Source of the DNA: Zygnema circumcarinatum SAG 698-1b
Taxonomy: Eukaryota > Plantae > Zygnematophyceae
Assembly (NCBI GenBank): GCA_037447605.1
Contig: CM074809.1
Location: 3,276,689 to 3,340,688, forward strand
DNA: 64,000 nt
Reading direction: 5' to 3'
Of this stretch, positions 1-13,420 are shown one piece after another. The notes under the pieces were generated by a model, which was not told the DNA's origin, did not search any database, and saw only the letters and a program-made list of their open reading frames with translations. The position numbers and the translations under genes were made by a program. The stretch's first letter is position 1. Each line of letters starts with the position of its first letter.

Positions 1-26
1 TGATAGTCCTTCCTTCCAGTAAGCTG

Positions 27-3000
27 ATGGATCTGAAGATGGCCTCAGCTGGCTCCTTGGTGACTGAGTATTCTGCTCTGAGCAGTGATCATGTGGCCAC
101 TTTTAGCTGCTATTCCAGAAGAGCGAAGGTGGGGGGGACTGCTCCAACACGTGCAGTTAGGGCAGTTGGGCTCTCTGGAGGGGGAGATTCCCTCTTGGTA
201 CTATCAACTGCAAAGAGCAGTATCCGGCAATGCAGGTTTGCGTCTGTGGCAGGAAAGGAAGTGCTTTCACATCGTCTTTGCAACCTTAGGCCGAGGAGAT
301 TTGCCGGAGCCGGAAATGTCTCAGGTCTGCGGAATTCGGAGAGATGCTCAGGCCGCCGGTTCTTGATAGCCGCCCAGAGGGATGCCAGTCGCGATACTAT
401 TTCGGATACGGAATTGCCGGAACCGTCGCACCCCTCTGTAGAATTAAAGGTGAGTTCATCTACTTTGTTGCCTGTTCTGGATTTGAGTCGCATCCAGACT
501 TTCAAGGGCACCACCTTTAGGCAACTATTGATTCAAATTTAGTTGAAGCCGTTCGTTTTTGTCTGCATAGAGACTGCAGGGTCTGTAAGTTCAGGTCCAG
601 CTCGTAAGAGTTGTAGTTTTGGATGATCTTCTCTGTAATTGGAATTTCTTAACGCTCGGCATTCTTCCTTTGCTCTGGGGTTGGCCTGATGCTGGAGTGG
701 CCAACCATTTTAATTCTCCTTTCTTCAATCAAGCCCGAGAGAAAGAGCTCTTCATGCTTCCCTTAGCAGGATGAACCTGGTTTGACGAGTCCCGGCCTTT
801 CTTAGGTTGCTGATTGTGCGCTGCTCTGCGCCTCAGTTGATGCGGTAGTTTTGAGGGGCTGAGGTTTTTGAAAGGATTTCTCTCCTGGCTAGTGTACGTT
901 CAACTCATTTCTAGAGATGTATAGGTATCAAATTCACTTGTGCTGTGGTTGGTACGCTGTAAATGGATGGCTTCTAGCTGCGGTTGAGTCTCTGAGGTTA
1001 GCGATTGAGCGTTTCCTAGTGCCCGTATTCAATTGTTTAGTTCTTAGGTTTGTCTACAACTTTGAAAGTATTAGTAAAGGACCTCAGAGGTATTCTATGT
1101 ATTGAATCGATATCGCATGGAAGATTGGGCACCGTACATGCATCATGGGCGAACCCTTAGTGGATGATACTTACGCAGCACAAGCAACTGCAATCTTTGA
1201 AGGTTTTCAGGATGGTCCAATGTTCCTCTGTAGTGTTCTATAACTTATTAGAGACGGTTATAGTGGCCTTTTGAAGGATTCCAAGTTTGGCACAGTCATT
1301 CATATCGAACTTTTAAAAGGGGCAGGCTGAAAACGTATTTTAGTATTCCGCTTCAATTAGGGGTCGGTCAAGTGATAAGGTCATAAACTTGTAGATAGAG
1401 AACCTGACATGGTTTGTCAAAATATTGTTTGATTGTGATTAAATTTCTACTGCGTACTGCAAAACTGAATTTGAAATTGATGGCTTCCTTAAGTCAGTTT
1501 GCTGTTTTGTACGGCCGTCCTTGAGGGCTCTTACCACTTTAGAAGTTGTATAAGGTCAGAGCAGGAAGGACTCTTAACACCATCCTAAGCATGGAAATGA
1601 CTAGTTTGACAGTGAGAACAATATAACCTAAAAATCAGACAGATAAACGGGTGCAAGCATTGGCCGACCACTCTGAACTATTTCAATTCAACGGGGCTGT
1701 ACAAGCAGTTGCCAGTCCTATGCCAAAAGGTGTTGGCAGAATTGGTTGTCCCTTTCATTGTCGTCCCTCTTCTGAGCCCGCAAGTATTCTGCTGAAGCTC
1801 GATTTTCCTTTCCTTTGCTGAGAGTTCTTTGCTTGTGCTTGAATCCTTGCAGATAACTGGAGGGGATAGGGGCACATGGAAGCAGTTACGGCCCACAGGT
1901 GCGCTGCTTGGCTTGGCTGGTTTGGTCGCCGGACTTAACTTGGAAGGGCCGGGCTCAGTATTAGAGGCTATGGGGGTGTTGGCACTAATAGTAACAGTGC
2001 ATGAATGTGGCCACTTTATGGCTGCTCGGCTTCAAAACATCCATGTTACCAAGTTTTCCATTGGGTTTGGGCCGATCCTTACTAAGTTTCAGGGGAAGAA
2101 TGTTGAGTATACACTCCGAGCAATTCCATTAGGAGGTTTTGTAGCCTTTCCAGATGATGACCCTGACAGTGACTTTGCTCCTGACGACCCCGACCTTTTG
2201 AAGAATCGTCCTATTCTTGATCGAGCCATTGTGATAAGTGCTGGGGTTATAGCGAATGCCATCTTTGCATATACAGTGTTGTTCACGCAAGTGAACACAG
2301 TCGGAGTTTTGGAACAAACGTTTGGACCTGGAGTTGCTGTTCCAGATGTGATTCAAAACTCAGCGGCTGCCCGGGGGGGGCTGCAAAGTGGAGACATTGT
2401 GTTAGCTGTGAATGGTCACCCACTTATGTCAAACCAAGCCTCAGTGATTGAGTTAGTGGAAGCCATAAAACAGAGTGGAGGGCAAGGGGTTCAGTTCGAC
2501 CTTTTGAGAGGGGAGCAGACCTTCTCTTTGGAGATTGTATCTGATAAGGCGAGTGATGGGAGCGGCCGTATTGGGGTGCAATTGGCTCCAAATGCGGAAT
2601 CTGAGCGAGTGAAGGCGAAGGATTTGGGTGAAGCAACATCATTGGCTTCAGAAGAATTCATGCGGTTACTCTTTACTGTAGTCGACGGTCTCAAACAGAT
2701 AGTCTTCAACTTCTCTCAGACTGCAGAGAGGGTATCTGGCCCGGTCGCTATTGTAGCTGTGGGAGCGGAAGTGGCAAGATCTGATGCAGCGGGACTCTTC
2801 CAGTTTGCAGCGATTGTAAATTTAAACTTGGCAGTGGTGAATATCCTCCCTCTCCCTGCACTTGACGGCGGTTACTTGGCACTCCTCTGTGTGGAGGCAT
2901 TGAGGGGCGGTAGAAAGCTTCCAAGTGGAGTGGAGCAGGGAATCATGTCATCCGGGTTGTTGCTGCTATTGGGAGTAGGGGTTGTACTAATGGTAAGGGA

Positions 3001-3037
3001 CACATTGAATTTAGGGTTTCTGGATGGCATATTATAG
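27..3037 (+). CDS. ARASP: Plastid membrane zinc metalloprotease, RseP/site-2 protease (M50) family with PDZ domain; 2 exons (27-449, 1853-3037)
   Basis: Exon 2 has HECGH (HExxH), GPILTKFQG..EYTLRAIPLGGFV, NRP..DRAIVISAGVIAN, a PDZ-like GDIVLAVNG and NILPLPALDGG (NxxPxxxLDG). Exon 1 is a Ser/Arg/Ala-rich transit-peptide-like ORF ending AAG|GTGAGT at 449; the acceptor TTGCAG|ATA at 1852/1853 is phase-0 compatible. Start may be ATG 27 or 39. Confidence 0.92.
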
Positions 3038-4036
3038 GGGGCTAATGTTACATGGTTTTGGCTTTAGGTTAGCCTGCAGTAGGTTTTTCCACCTGAGTTC
3101 TTTGTGATTGGAACTTCATGTTCTATGTATTCTTTTCAAAGAAGTATTGTAGGAATAGGAAGCAGGCTGGCAAGTAGGCCTTGGGAGGATGTCTACCTTT
3201 GCCCAAATAAGCAGACTATACATGAAGCTGCTGAGTAGGGATCCTCCACCTGTACCTGTTGGGCTCCTCTATGGAGCAGCTGTGTGAAAGTTTGGTTTGA
3301 TTTGTATTGGTCTCTCCTGCTCTATGTCTACTTCAGATTTTTTGGATTTTTCCCATGGTTGATTTGCCTCTACTACTTCAAGCGAATGATGGCCTACAGT
3401 TTGTCTCTAATCCATGGGGATGTGTTCGTTTCTTGGAACTGAACTTAATGGTCATAGCTTACACATGGTAAGGAACAACATGGAGAAGCTCTCGCTTACA
3501 TCGAGTTACACAAAAAGGATGAGCGAACATGGTGGGAAAAGTGCCAACTTGACAAAAGCACTCTATACATGCATTGTCTTCCACTGCATGTTCATGCACT
3601 ATCCTCATACCTTGCCCATCTTGCACATGCCCTTGGCTTCCTGGCTTGACTTGGCTTGACTTGGCTTGAGAGAACGGCCCGACGACAAGAGAGGATCAAA
3701 CTTATCCGGTTTCACATGGACGGGAGCACTTTTTGTGGCCTCTCTTTTGTGTGGCGCACACGCTCTCGCTCTGCCTCAGCGCCTGGTCGCACGTTTCACT
3801 ATGGGGACTGGAGGGGCATCATAAGGGGCAAAATGGATTGGCATGGCACATCATAAGCGTATGTTTTACGTTTTATAGAGGAGGTTTCTTAGGATCTCAG
3901 ATCTTGGCAGTAAATCAGTTGCCGTCTGCTTCCTCTCCAATCCAGGAAAAACGGCGGAGAGTGTGGCGGTTCGTCAGACGACAGGGTGGTTTAGTTTGCA
4001 GCATATTTCTGCATTTTAAAGCCAAAGGTGAAGCAG

Positions 4037-6823
4037 ATGCCTCGCAAGGACAAGGCTCCGGCGTACGGCCCTCGGGGAAGGCACGCTGTGAAGGGCAGCA
4101 ACGGAAGAGGAGGCTCTGTGGGAGGGAGAGGAAAGAGTGGGCTCGGTTGGAGTAATAAGGAGAGGTTTGGAAGTGGGAGAGGATTTCCAGAAGGGGAGAG
4201 AGAGGGCCAGAGGAGCTTCGAGGAGGGTGAGGGCAGTGGAGGAAGGAGAGGAAGAGGAGGCGCGAGAGGAGGGGGAGGGCTCTCAAACGGGAGAGGCAGA
4301 GGAGGTCTTGGTGGAGGTTACCAAGGCGGAGGTAAGGACGTGCGCATAAGAGCCTTTGTAGTGTACGAACTTCAGAAATTATTGGAGTGTGCTTCTTCCT
4401 GTAATATCATAGGTTTCTTTTTTTGATTTTCGATCATTTTCTTCTTCTGGTTTTTGGTATATTTTTAGTTTTCTGATTTTTTTTCTTCCTTTCTTAGTTT
4501 GCAGGGGTTCCATTTCTTTGGCTGGTCTTTTGGCATGCAATCCATTTGTCTGCACAGAGGGTAGTGCTGCTGAAGCATAGGTCTTGAGTTTTAAGTCATT
4601 TTTTTAAAATGTCACTGCACCAAGGAATAGCATTTCATGTTGTATCTTTACTTTTCTTATGCAAGCACAGGCTTCAATACAAGGATTTCATACGTTCGCT
4701 TACTATGAGTCAGACTTGGCCCATTAATCCCACGTCTACCCCACCTTCTGTCGCTCCCTATCTTTCTTGCTTCTCACCTTCTCTCACTCGTTGGTCTGGT
4801 CTATAGCTTTCCCTCTTCCTCTCGCTCTCATATTCTTATATTGCTTTGGCTTCTGAATTCCATTAAAGATAGGTGACTGCAGTTCTCTGACGTATTTGCA
4901 CTTGCATGTCTCTTTTCGCTTGGTGAAAATCAGACCTTCATGGCGGTCAAGACAATGGACGGAACAACTTCACAAGGCTAAGCAATGGGCCTCCCAATCC
5001 TATCAAGTTTGCAGCCATTGGGTTTTCCTATGGCTCTGCAGAAGAACAGCTTTATAAGTCTGTTGGTGGAGGCAGATCGAAAGCTGCTTATCGGGGGAGG
5101 GAGGGAGAGGAGGCGGAAGGGGGAGGAGTTAATACCATTGGCAGAACCAGTGATGGTCTGAATTTTAGAAAGAAAGAAAGCAAGATGGAAAATGCAGCTA
5201 GTGAAAGGAGTGAACCTGTTCAGAGCCCAGTGCTGGGAATCGACTCCTTGAATGGATCTCAGTATATAGGTAATTCTGCTAATGGCTTCAAAGCAGGCAC
5301 ACATTTCACAACCGTTTTGGATGATGAGGATGTTGAGGGGGAAGAGGTTGTATGGAAGCCTCAAGGAGAGTCTAAACAAGATATGGAGCTTCAGCAGGAC
5401 TCCAAAATTGTCATTGAAGTACTATCTGAAACTGAAAATTATCTCAGCTTTGAAGGAGTAATGAGTGAGATAACTTCCAATACTGTTTGTCGGATGGAGG
5501 ACGGGCTCAAAGAGGAACCGAGCTGTGTTGGGCTTCAGAACAAGTGGAGGACGGAGGTTGCATTAGGGTTTGTAACTGCGTCGGGCAGTAGTCCTGCCGA
5601 TGCTGCAACTGAGAATGATATGAAACTTGGTTTCAAGAAGAGTGATTTCTACTCTTCTTGCAATGAGGACTCGTCGCATGCAGGCCTAGGATATCATGCT
5701 GAAGAAAGCATCCCAGATTTATCATGTGGTCCAGGAATAGGGTTTGAAAGCCTGTGCTTAAACAGTGATATTTTGGTTCCGGAAGAGTTAGGAATGGCTG
5801 CAGTTTTCGTTGATAGGGGTCCTGGAAGAGGCAATTTTAGCTCTGCTGAGTCCCAAAGGCCTAGACTGTTGGGTGGGTCAATGATCAAGGAAGGAAGGGA
5901 CGAAGCTAAACCCGCAGAAGCAGAAGTATTGGATGCTGGTTTTGGCCCAAGTGTGGATATCAGGAGGGAAACTAGCGAAGTTGCAGAGGGGGGGGTTCAA
6001 TATCAGTGTTACAATGGAGGTTTGGAAGACTTGTCGCTCCAACCCATCGGAGAAGATGAAGGAATATCAACCATTCCTCTGCAAGGAGGGAAAGAAGGCA
6101 AGCATGTTCCACACTTCGCTTTGCCCACAGTAGTGAGCTTCAAGAGCTGGATGAGGAGAGAAGAAGATAAGGCTGGGCAGGAGAACAAAGGGAAGGAGGA
6201 AAGCCAAGTAGAGGAAATGCAGAAGGAGAAGGGGAAGGTGAAGGCGAAGGAGGAAGGGAGCTTTGACCCTGTTCTTGACAGGGATAAAATTTCAAAGGCA
6301 TGTCTCTCAGGGAATGGAGGAGGCGTGTCTGTGGGATCTTTTCTGCGAATTGGCGGAGTAAAGGTTTATCCTAGTGGGGTTCAGGGCAAAGGGGGGAGAG
6401 GCAAGGGAAGCACGTGGGTCCGTGAGGGGAGAGGCAAAAGGAAGTTTAGTGGGAGAGGAGGACTTTCAGAGGCCTTGCGGTTGTCCAAAGCGGGGGAGAT
6501 TGAGGGAGAAGAAGAGGACGAGTGGGAAACGGACTCTGACGCAGAATTGATGGGTGGGAGTGATGAGAGCATAGAGGAGGAGCTCGCTCGAGATTATCTG
6601 GCGAACTTAGAAGGGGAGGGCGAGGGGGAACTGGATACTGCATGGATGCTGAAACGGAAAATTGGGGAAGATGAGCCTTCGGAGGAGGAGGAGGAGGAGG
6701 AGGGAGAGGAGCAGACGTTGCAGGAGTTGCTGCAGGCAAGTGATGAATTCTTTGTTTTGCTGATTTGTTTTGTTGGTGTTCCCTTGTGTTGTTCGGCGAA
6801 TCCTGAACCTGCTGCATTGCTCA

Positions 6824-6888
<65 letters not shown>

Positions 6889-9706
6889 GTGTTATGCCAT
6901 CTGTTTTTCGGAAACCTTTCAGTTGACACCCTTATCCTCGTCATTGTTGTTTTTTTCTAGAATTTGTTCGGTGTTGTTGGAGTTGAAATTTGACATTGTG
7001 AGTGGACATGGGCATGCTCAGGGGCTGGAGTTTGGGGAAGAGAGTGGAGCGGAACTCAACTCAGAAAATGGATATGACGAGGATGATAGTGATGATATGA
7101 ACCAAACAGAGGGGTCCTCAAAAGAAGATGAAGATGGAGATGATGATGATGAAGAAGAAGAAGAGGAGGAAGAAGAAGTAGAGTTGAGAATTGAACAAAA
7201 CAGTGCACTTAAAAGAAATTTGAAGCCGGCTCCGCAGACGTCTTTTAGTCAGTCTATAGTCATAGCAGAACCTTTCAAGCCCAGTCAGCCAAAAGGGCGT
7301 GATGGGAAGTTCATAGAAGTCCCTAAAGAGGCCTGGTTGCGGGGAAGCCCTTCCAAGGAACAAAAGAAAGGAGAGGGAGGAGTGGTAAGAGGGGGCAATA
7401 AGGGATATAAGAAGAGTAAGGGGAAGAAGTTGGCCATTGAGGACGACAGCGATGAAGAAGAAGGAGAGGAGGAGTTCATATTGGAGTGGGAGGAGCAGAT
7501 AGAGGCTTCTTTCCTAGCAGAGAAAACAAAGAAAGGAGGGAAGCAGAAAAGTAGGATACAAGAGGCATTTTTTGCTGAGCAAGAGGAGGGCTATAATGGG
7601 GATAATGTCCACAATCAATGGCCAATAGGAGGACGGCCCAGCAATAAGGGAAAGAAGAAGAAGAAGGAAAAGGCCATTCCAGGTAGGAAGGATTCACTGC
7701 TTATTACTTTCAATTCTCATGTATTGGAGCTTCGAGAGGTTCTGTTGGGGCCAAAAGGAATGAATTACCTTTAGACGACTTTGCATTTGCTTTTTGGTCT
7801 CTTGAAGAAATCTGCTTCATATCAAAGCGCGTTTGACTGATTCATAGGGTCTTTAGGATGACTTTTCGAACTCACAATGTTAAGTATGATGACTTTACGA
7901 TGCAGGGGAGAAGAGAAGGCTTCGGCAGGAGCAGATAGAGGTGAAGCGTGCTCAGCGATTGGAGAAAAATGGGTTCAATATTCGAGCCATCAACAAAGTA
8001 AGCCGTGTGTTGGAGAAAAGAGAACTTGTAACTTTTCATTCGGTCGATGTTGCTTCAAAAGAACAGTCAGTCATCTGAGTTATCAGTCTTTCCTTAGATG
8101 CAGGTCTTGTTCCAAACTCCTTATTGTGAGCATGCAGTGTGTTAATGTTGCCGTTTTGTTGGGTTGTTTTCATGAATTGACTGGTCGACCTCTGGTTGAT
8201 CGACCGATGCAGGCATTGGTCCGCGTTGTTAAGGAAGATTTGGACATGCACAGTTTTCAGCCCATGGATAACAAGCAGAGAGCCCAGGTAAAAAATCCAT
8301 GTTTCATACACATACATATATATACATATGTGTAGATATATATGTCTACATTTGTAAATTTTATTGTCTTTAGCGAGTGGGATAGCTGAGGATCATAGTT
8401 CGATATGCACTTTGTTTCTTCCTTTATGCACAGATTCCGCCGAATGTTAGTGAAAGAGAAATGGAATTTCGGAGGTGAAGTCATTTTCTATGAGATGGGG
8501 TTTTGCCTGCGCAGGTCCACAAGCTGGCGAGCATTTATCGGCTCAAAAGTGGAAGCCAAGGAAGTGGAAAGAAACGGTAAGCTCCTCCTACTGTTTTCGT
8601 CATCTTTCTTTGAAAAAGGGCTAAGAATGATGTTTGTTTCCAATTTTTTTAAAAGTGTAAACGAGTAGGTCAGGTTCTAAAATTAGGAAGGATAGGTGGC
8701 GAAGAAGAACATCTGCAGTTTAGTTTCTTGTGAAAAGTAACATTATGTCTCTGAATTGTTGTTTTCTCCTGGAGAGAGCAGGTTCACTGTCGTGACTCGA
8801 ACTCAGTACACTGCCATGCCCTCTCCAGCAGATGCTGAACGCCTTTTGAAGGTACGGTCGACTTTGTCCTTTTTTTAAAAACCCTAAAAGTTGCTCCATG
8901 TGGAACGGAACTCTGTTTCTGAGAACGGAAAAGCGTCAGCAGGACCCTCCTTCCCTTCTTCTAAAGGAAAGTTTTTTTTGTGTTTCCTTGAACTGCAGAT
9001 GCTCGAGCGGGCATTCACTGCTCGTGGCGTATCGAATGTATCGGGATATTGGACGGATAATAATGATTTCCAAACCCCGTCAAGGCCTGAACAGAGGCGA
9101 CTATCGAGTAAGGCGAAAAGGGCAGCTTGGCAGGTCTTGAAACAGCAGCAAACTCCCGGAGATGGGTCCGGTAGGAAGGCAGGAAGGAGAGAGAGAGGAG
9201 AGAGAGAGTGGAGCAAGTCGGGAAGGAAGAGTGGCAACAGGATGGGAGGGGGGTCCTCGAGTCGAAGCTTGGCGAGTCGACCGATGGAGTTTATCTCAAG
9301 TGGAGTGATGGGAGAAGGTCCCCCCAGGAAGGAGGAGGGAGAGGATATAGCAGCTCGTTTCTCATTGTCGCTTTCTGATGATGGGGGTAAGAAGAGCCCT
9401 ATGGAGGCAGCTGGAGGAAGGCCAAGCTCATATCCTGGCAGAGCTCCCAACTTTGGGAAGAAGCAGAAGGGAGGACGAAAGGGCTTGGGAGAGGTGATGG
9501 CTTCAAGCTCAGCCTCTGCTAGCCAGACAGTGCTGTACGGATTTGGAGAATTTGAGGCTCATACGACAGGGTTTGGCTCGCGGATGTTGGCAAAGATGGG
9601 GTATTTGGCGGGGAAAGGGCTCGGAAAGGACGGGCAGGGAATGGCTTCCCCTATTGAGGCAGTGAAGAGACCCAAGATGTTGGGGCTCGGGGCAGACACT
9701 CAGTAG
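4037..9706 (+). CDS. R3H- and G-patch-domain RNA-binding protein (SQS1/Pfa1-like), large RGG-rich and acidic low-complexity N-terminus
   Basis: Phase-consistent exons 4037-4331, 4934-6735, ~6923 or 6983-7682, 7906-7997, 8213-8287, 8515-8576, 8782-8851, 8999-9706. R3H region reads PMDNKQRAQ|VHKLASIYRLKSGSQGSGKKR|FTVVTRT; C-terminal G-patch reads GFGSRMLAKMGYLAGKGLGKDGQGMASPIEAVKRPKMLGLG. The exon-3 acceptor is uncertain. Confidence 0.88.
6824..6885. repeat. (CT)n microsatellite in intron 2 of the R3H/G-patch gene
   Basis: About 30 CT units seen directly; they produce the spurious SLSLSL and REREREREs in the ORF track. Confidence 0.97.
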
Positions 9707-9748
9707 GGTGCAGCTGGTGGCTGGGGGGGAGGGGGGGGGGGGCGGCTT

Positions 9749-9830
9749 AGACTTAGAAAAGTTTCACACTACTTGAGTTCGAAATCAGTAGAATGCTTTC
9801 CCGTGAAACAAGTGGTAAACAAGAGACATA
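9749..9830 (+). repeat. Dispersed repeat family A, copy 1 (core GACTTAGAAAA...GAGTTCGAAATCAGTA)
   Basis: Aligns by eye with 13362-13420 (+) and ~27450-27563 (-). Confidence 0.7.
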
Positions 9831-10284
9831 GAAAAGTACCCACCTTCTTCAAAAATGAACTCACTTTTGACCTTTTCAAGTCTGGAATGCCCCAAAAGGG
9901 GAAAAGGATTCGAGGAAGAGGAGGTGCCTGTAGGGCGTGACTCAGAAAGTATGTTTTGGGGGTCTTATTGGGGCGCAGCTGAATTTGGTTTTGTCCTTCG
10001 TTGGAGGTTTGGGGCACAGTTTACTTGAGAGGGAAAATGGGATTAGATAGAATTCGGGGAATTTTGAGAGACGATGTTTGTTAAAACCTGACGAAGAAAA
10101 TCAAAAACGTGACAACTTGTGGGTGGTCTCCGTGAGTTTGAAACAAGAAAGTTCGACAGTTGTAATTGGAGTTTGGTTTAGTTTGGTTGTGGGGCTCCAT
10201 GGCTGCTGTTGATGGGAGCAGAGCTAGTTGGACCGTTATGAGAACGCATCCTCCTGCACATTGCTCTTGCTCAAAGGAAAGCAA

Positions 10285-10420
10285 GGCGTAGTTTTCCGCT
10301 CTTAGCTTCTTTCTTTTATGCTTAGGTGCTTTGCGACCAGTCCCTCGTGGTTCCCCATGCTGCTTTTTTGTCCATGTACATTTGATGGCCTCGCCATCGT
10401 GAGTTCAATGCCATTTTCCC
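10285..10420 (+). repeat. Dispersed repeat family B, copy 1
   Basis: GGCGTAG..TTCCGCT.TTAGCTT...TGCTTAGGT...TTGCGACCAGTCCCT.GTG...TTTTGTCCATGTA.ATTTGATGGC.TCGCCATCGTGAGTTCAATG recurs at 35890-36020 (+) and, inverted, at 36082-36170. Confidence 0.8.
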
Positions 10421-10748
10421 CTGTTGAAAGCGATTTGAAAGCAGTAATAATAGCATTTAAGATGGCTTCGTTTGCATCTTTCAGCCGATCGATTTCTCGA
10501 ATTTTAAAGCGAACAAATAGAAGTAAAAGAAAAAGAAGGAAAAAAAAGGGTAGAAAAAGAAGGGTCTGTGTTCACGAGCACAAATGAATGGGAGTTTTTT
10601 CTAGAGTACGGGCTCTTGAAGAGGGAGAGGGGCCAATCAGAGGCTACCATGTCAGCAATTGTGTACACGAGGCAAGCCGTGATTGGTTCCAGTCGAGAGG
10701 GTACCTCGAGTGCAGAAGAAGGGCACTGAGAGCAAAGAGTTGCAGCGG

Positions 10749-12919
10749 ATGTCGCCCTTCCTCGCGGCAGGGCGCCTCCTGCCATGGCTGCCCGCTGCCT
10801 CGGCTCGCGGGAGCCCCTTCGCTCTCCTCTCTCTCTCTGCAACGCTTCTCTCTTCTCTGTCTTGCGAAGCAGAGTGTCCTGCACTCCGTGCCTCTCAGCT
10901 TCTACGCTCACGCTTCGTCCTTCGTCGGGACATCTCTTATGTGTATGGCAGGAATGGCTATTGCAAGTCGGGAAGGGCTGGAAGGGCACTTGGAACACGA
11001 AGCAGGATTTCTCCTGTGATTCCGTTACAGAAATTGAGGCCAACTTTTTTAAGCGAGCACATTAATTTTGTAGAAAATGGAAGGAAATATAGTGTCCTTG
11101 GAGCAGCTATTGCAGGGAGCTCCGAGCAGCTCGTGGCCATAGGCCCTGCAGACATCCTCTATTCTTCCAAGTGCTTGAAAGAAAGCGCAAGGCGTCTCGA
11201 AATTCCTAACCCTCAGTTTCCCACAGCGGCCTATGTACATCTCCCTTTTTGTCGCCGCAGGTGTCATTATTGTGACTTTCCCATCCTTCCAGTTGGTGAA
11301 AATATCAGCGGTGCGCATGTGACTGGGCGGATGCGAGAGTATGTGAATCTTCTTTGCAGAGAAATCTCTGTTGCCGCTTCATCTGTTTCTTCAGAGTACA
11401 GTGGAGGAGATGCTTCCACAATGCAGAGACCCTTGGAAACTGTATTCTTTGGTGGCGGAACGCCTTCACTCATTCCTGCAGCTCTGCTCAATGAAGTTCT
11501 TGGTTGCATTCGGGAGAACTTCGGGGTATCTCCGGATGCAGAAATTTCTATGGAGATGGATCCTGGGACGTTCAATGAGGAGAAGCTCAGAGCATTCTTG
11601 GATGCAGGTGTGAATAGGGTTAGCATTGGTGTGCAGGCTTTCCAAGATGAGCTTTTGAAGGCATGTGGACGAGCACATGGTTTAGCAGAAGTTTACGATG
11701 CAATACAGACTCTTCAAAGGGTGGGAGTCGAAAATTGGAGCATGGACTTGATTTGCAGGTATGAGGGTTCCGCATACAACAGCAAACTTCATTGATTTTA
11801 GTTTTTGGACAACAACTTGTAGCGCGTATAAACGCTGATCATTACTTGGAGCTATTTCTTAATGTTAGCGATGTTAGGACAGGATAGCGATGGTTCCATG
11901 AATTATCATTTTGGACTAGCTATGCAAATCATGATCTCCGAAAAACGTTTCTAGTCCAACAATCAGTCAGCCATGAAATCATGGAGGTAGGCCTGAAAAG
12001 GTTCTTTTGCTAAAGTGCTGATGCTAGAATACGTAGCTCAGATAAAGTCTCCTTCAGGAATTCTACTCGGGTTCTTACTCTCATTCTTGAATGGCCTTTG
12101 GTCCATTTTTCAAACGATTGTACTGTTGCTGTGGTGTGCAGCTTACCCGGGCAATCACTCGCAATGTGGCGCGATTCATTGGACAAGGCCATAGCATCAA
12201 AGCCCAAGCACATTTCAATTTATGACCTGCAAATTGAAGATGGAACTGCGTTTGGACGGTGGTATAAGGCAGGCGAACGCCCTCTCCCTACTGATGAAAC
12301 ATCTGCAGAGATGTTCCAAGCAGCGTCGTTTGCATTATCATCGGCTGGCTACGAACACTACGAAATCAGTAACTATGCACAACCAGGATTTCAGTGCAGA
12401 CATAACTTAGTCTATTGGCGAAATCAACCTTATTTAGGGTTCGGTCTTGGATCCACAAGCTATGTGAATTTGCAGAGGTTTTCCCGCCCTAAAAAGCTTT
12501 CCGAGTATACAGACTGGCTCGCTGCATACGAGTTAACAGCGGGAGCTATTGAGTGGCCGAAAGACACCCCTGAAGACAGGCTATGTGATGGTCTCATGTT
12601 GGGCCTCCGCCTGAAGGAAGGCTTAGCAGTGGACGAGCTGAGGGAAGCCTTCGGTGAAGAGACGCTTTTGGCGGTTTTGAAGGGCTTGCTGGAGCATGCT
12701 AAGGTTGGAAACGTGCTCTTCTTGGACGAGCTTGGAAGGAGAGTTCTTCCTGAAAACGCCCTTGTAGAGAGTGGTAGCCCTAACCAGAACCCTAACCCTA
12801 ACCCTAATAATGAAGTGGTTGTGAGCCGGCAAGTCTGCAGAATACGGCTTAGCGATCCCGAGGGGATTATGTTGTCTAACGAGATCATCTCTTCCCTTTT
12901 CAGCTTGCTGCCGTCGTAG
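10749..12919 (+). CDS. hemW: HemW/RSAD1-like (HemN-family) radical SAM heme chaperone, organelle-targeted; 2 exons (10749-11758, 12142-12919)
   Basis: YVHLPFCRRRCHYCDF (CxxxCxxC preceded by HxPF), TVFFGGGTPS, EISMEMDPGT, GVNRVSIGVQAF, DLIC|SLPGQ, HISIYDLQIEDGTAF, YEHYEISNYA, HNLVYWRNQPYLGFGLGS. GT-AG intron 11759-12141 is phase-2 consistent. First in-frame ATG is 10749. Confidence 0.92.
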
Positions 12920-13361
12920 GCTTCAGTGACAGTAACTGAATGGAAACCTCAGGTTCCACTTCTAGCCCTTTTTGTACATTTCGGCAAGGGAAAGTTTTGA
13001 CAGCCACTTGCGCCATGAGGTTCATGGGTTTGCATTTTCTTTTTCTTTTTTGGCTTGCTGGGAAGCCGTTGGCAAGAAACCGACAAACTTCAGAATCTCG
13101 AAGAAAGGGCCAGCAGAAAGATGCCAAAATTATCAACCTAAGCCTATTAAATTGCCAAAAAATAAACATAGAAATGAAACATCAGCACAATTGGACAGGC
13201 ACATCTGACGACCTGAAAGATGAATACGAGTTTCAGACTTTGCCTTCACGTTATGGAATCCGAATTTGCCTGCTACAAACTCTGGCTCACGGACCGTATC
13301 AACCCACAGGAATGCATATCGGGAAGGTAAGTGAAAAGTGAAAGCCCCTTAATAGGGGATC

Positions 13362-13420
13362 GGACTTAGAAAACGTAACACGCTTTGGAGTTCGAAATCA
13401 GTACAACGATTCTCCGCAGA
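13362..13420 (+). repeat. Dispersed repeat family A, copy 2
   Basis: GGACTTAGAAAACGTAACACGCTTTGGAGTTCGAAATCAGTACAACG matches 9749 onward, with exact 11-nt and 15-nt blocks. Confidence 0.7.
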
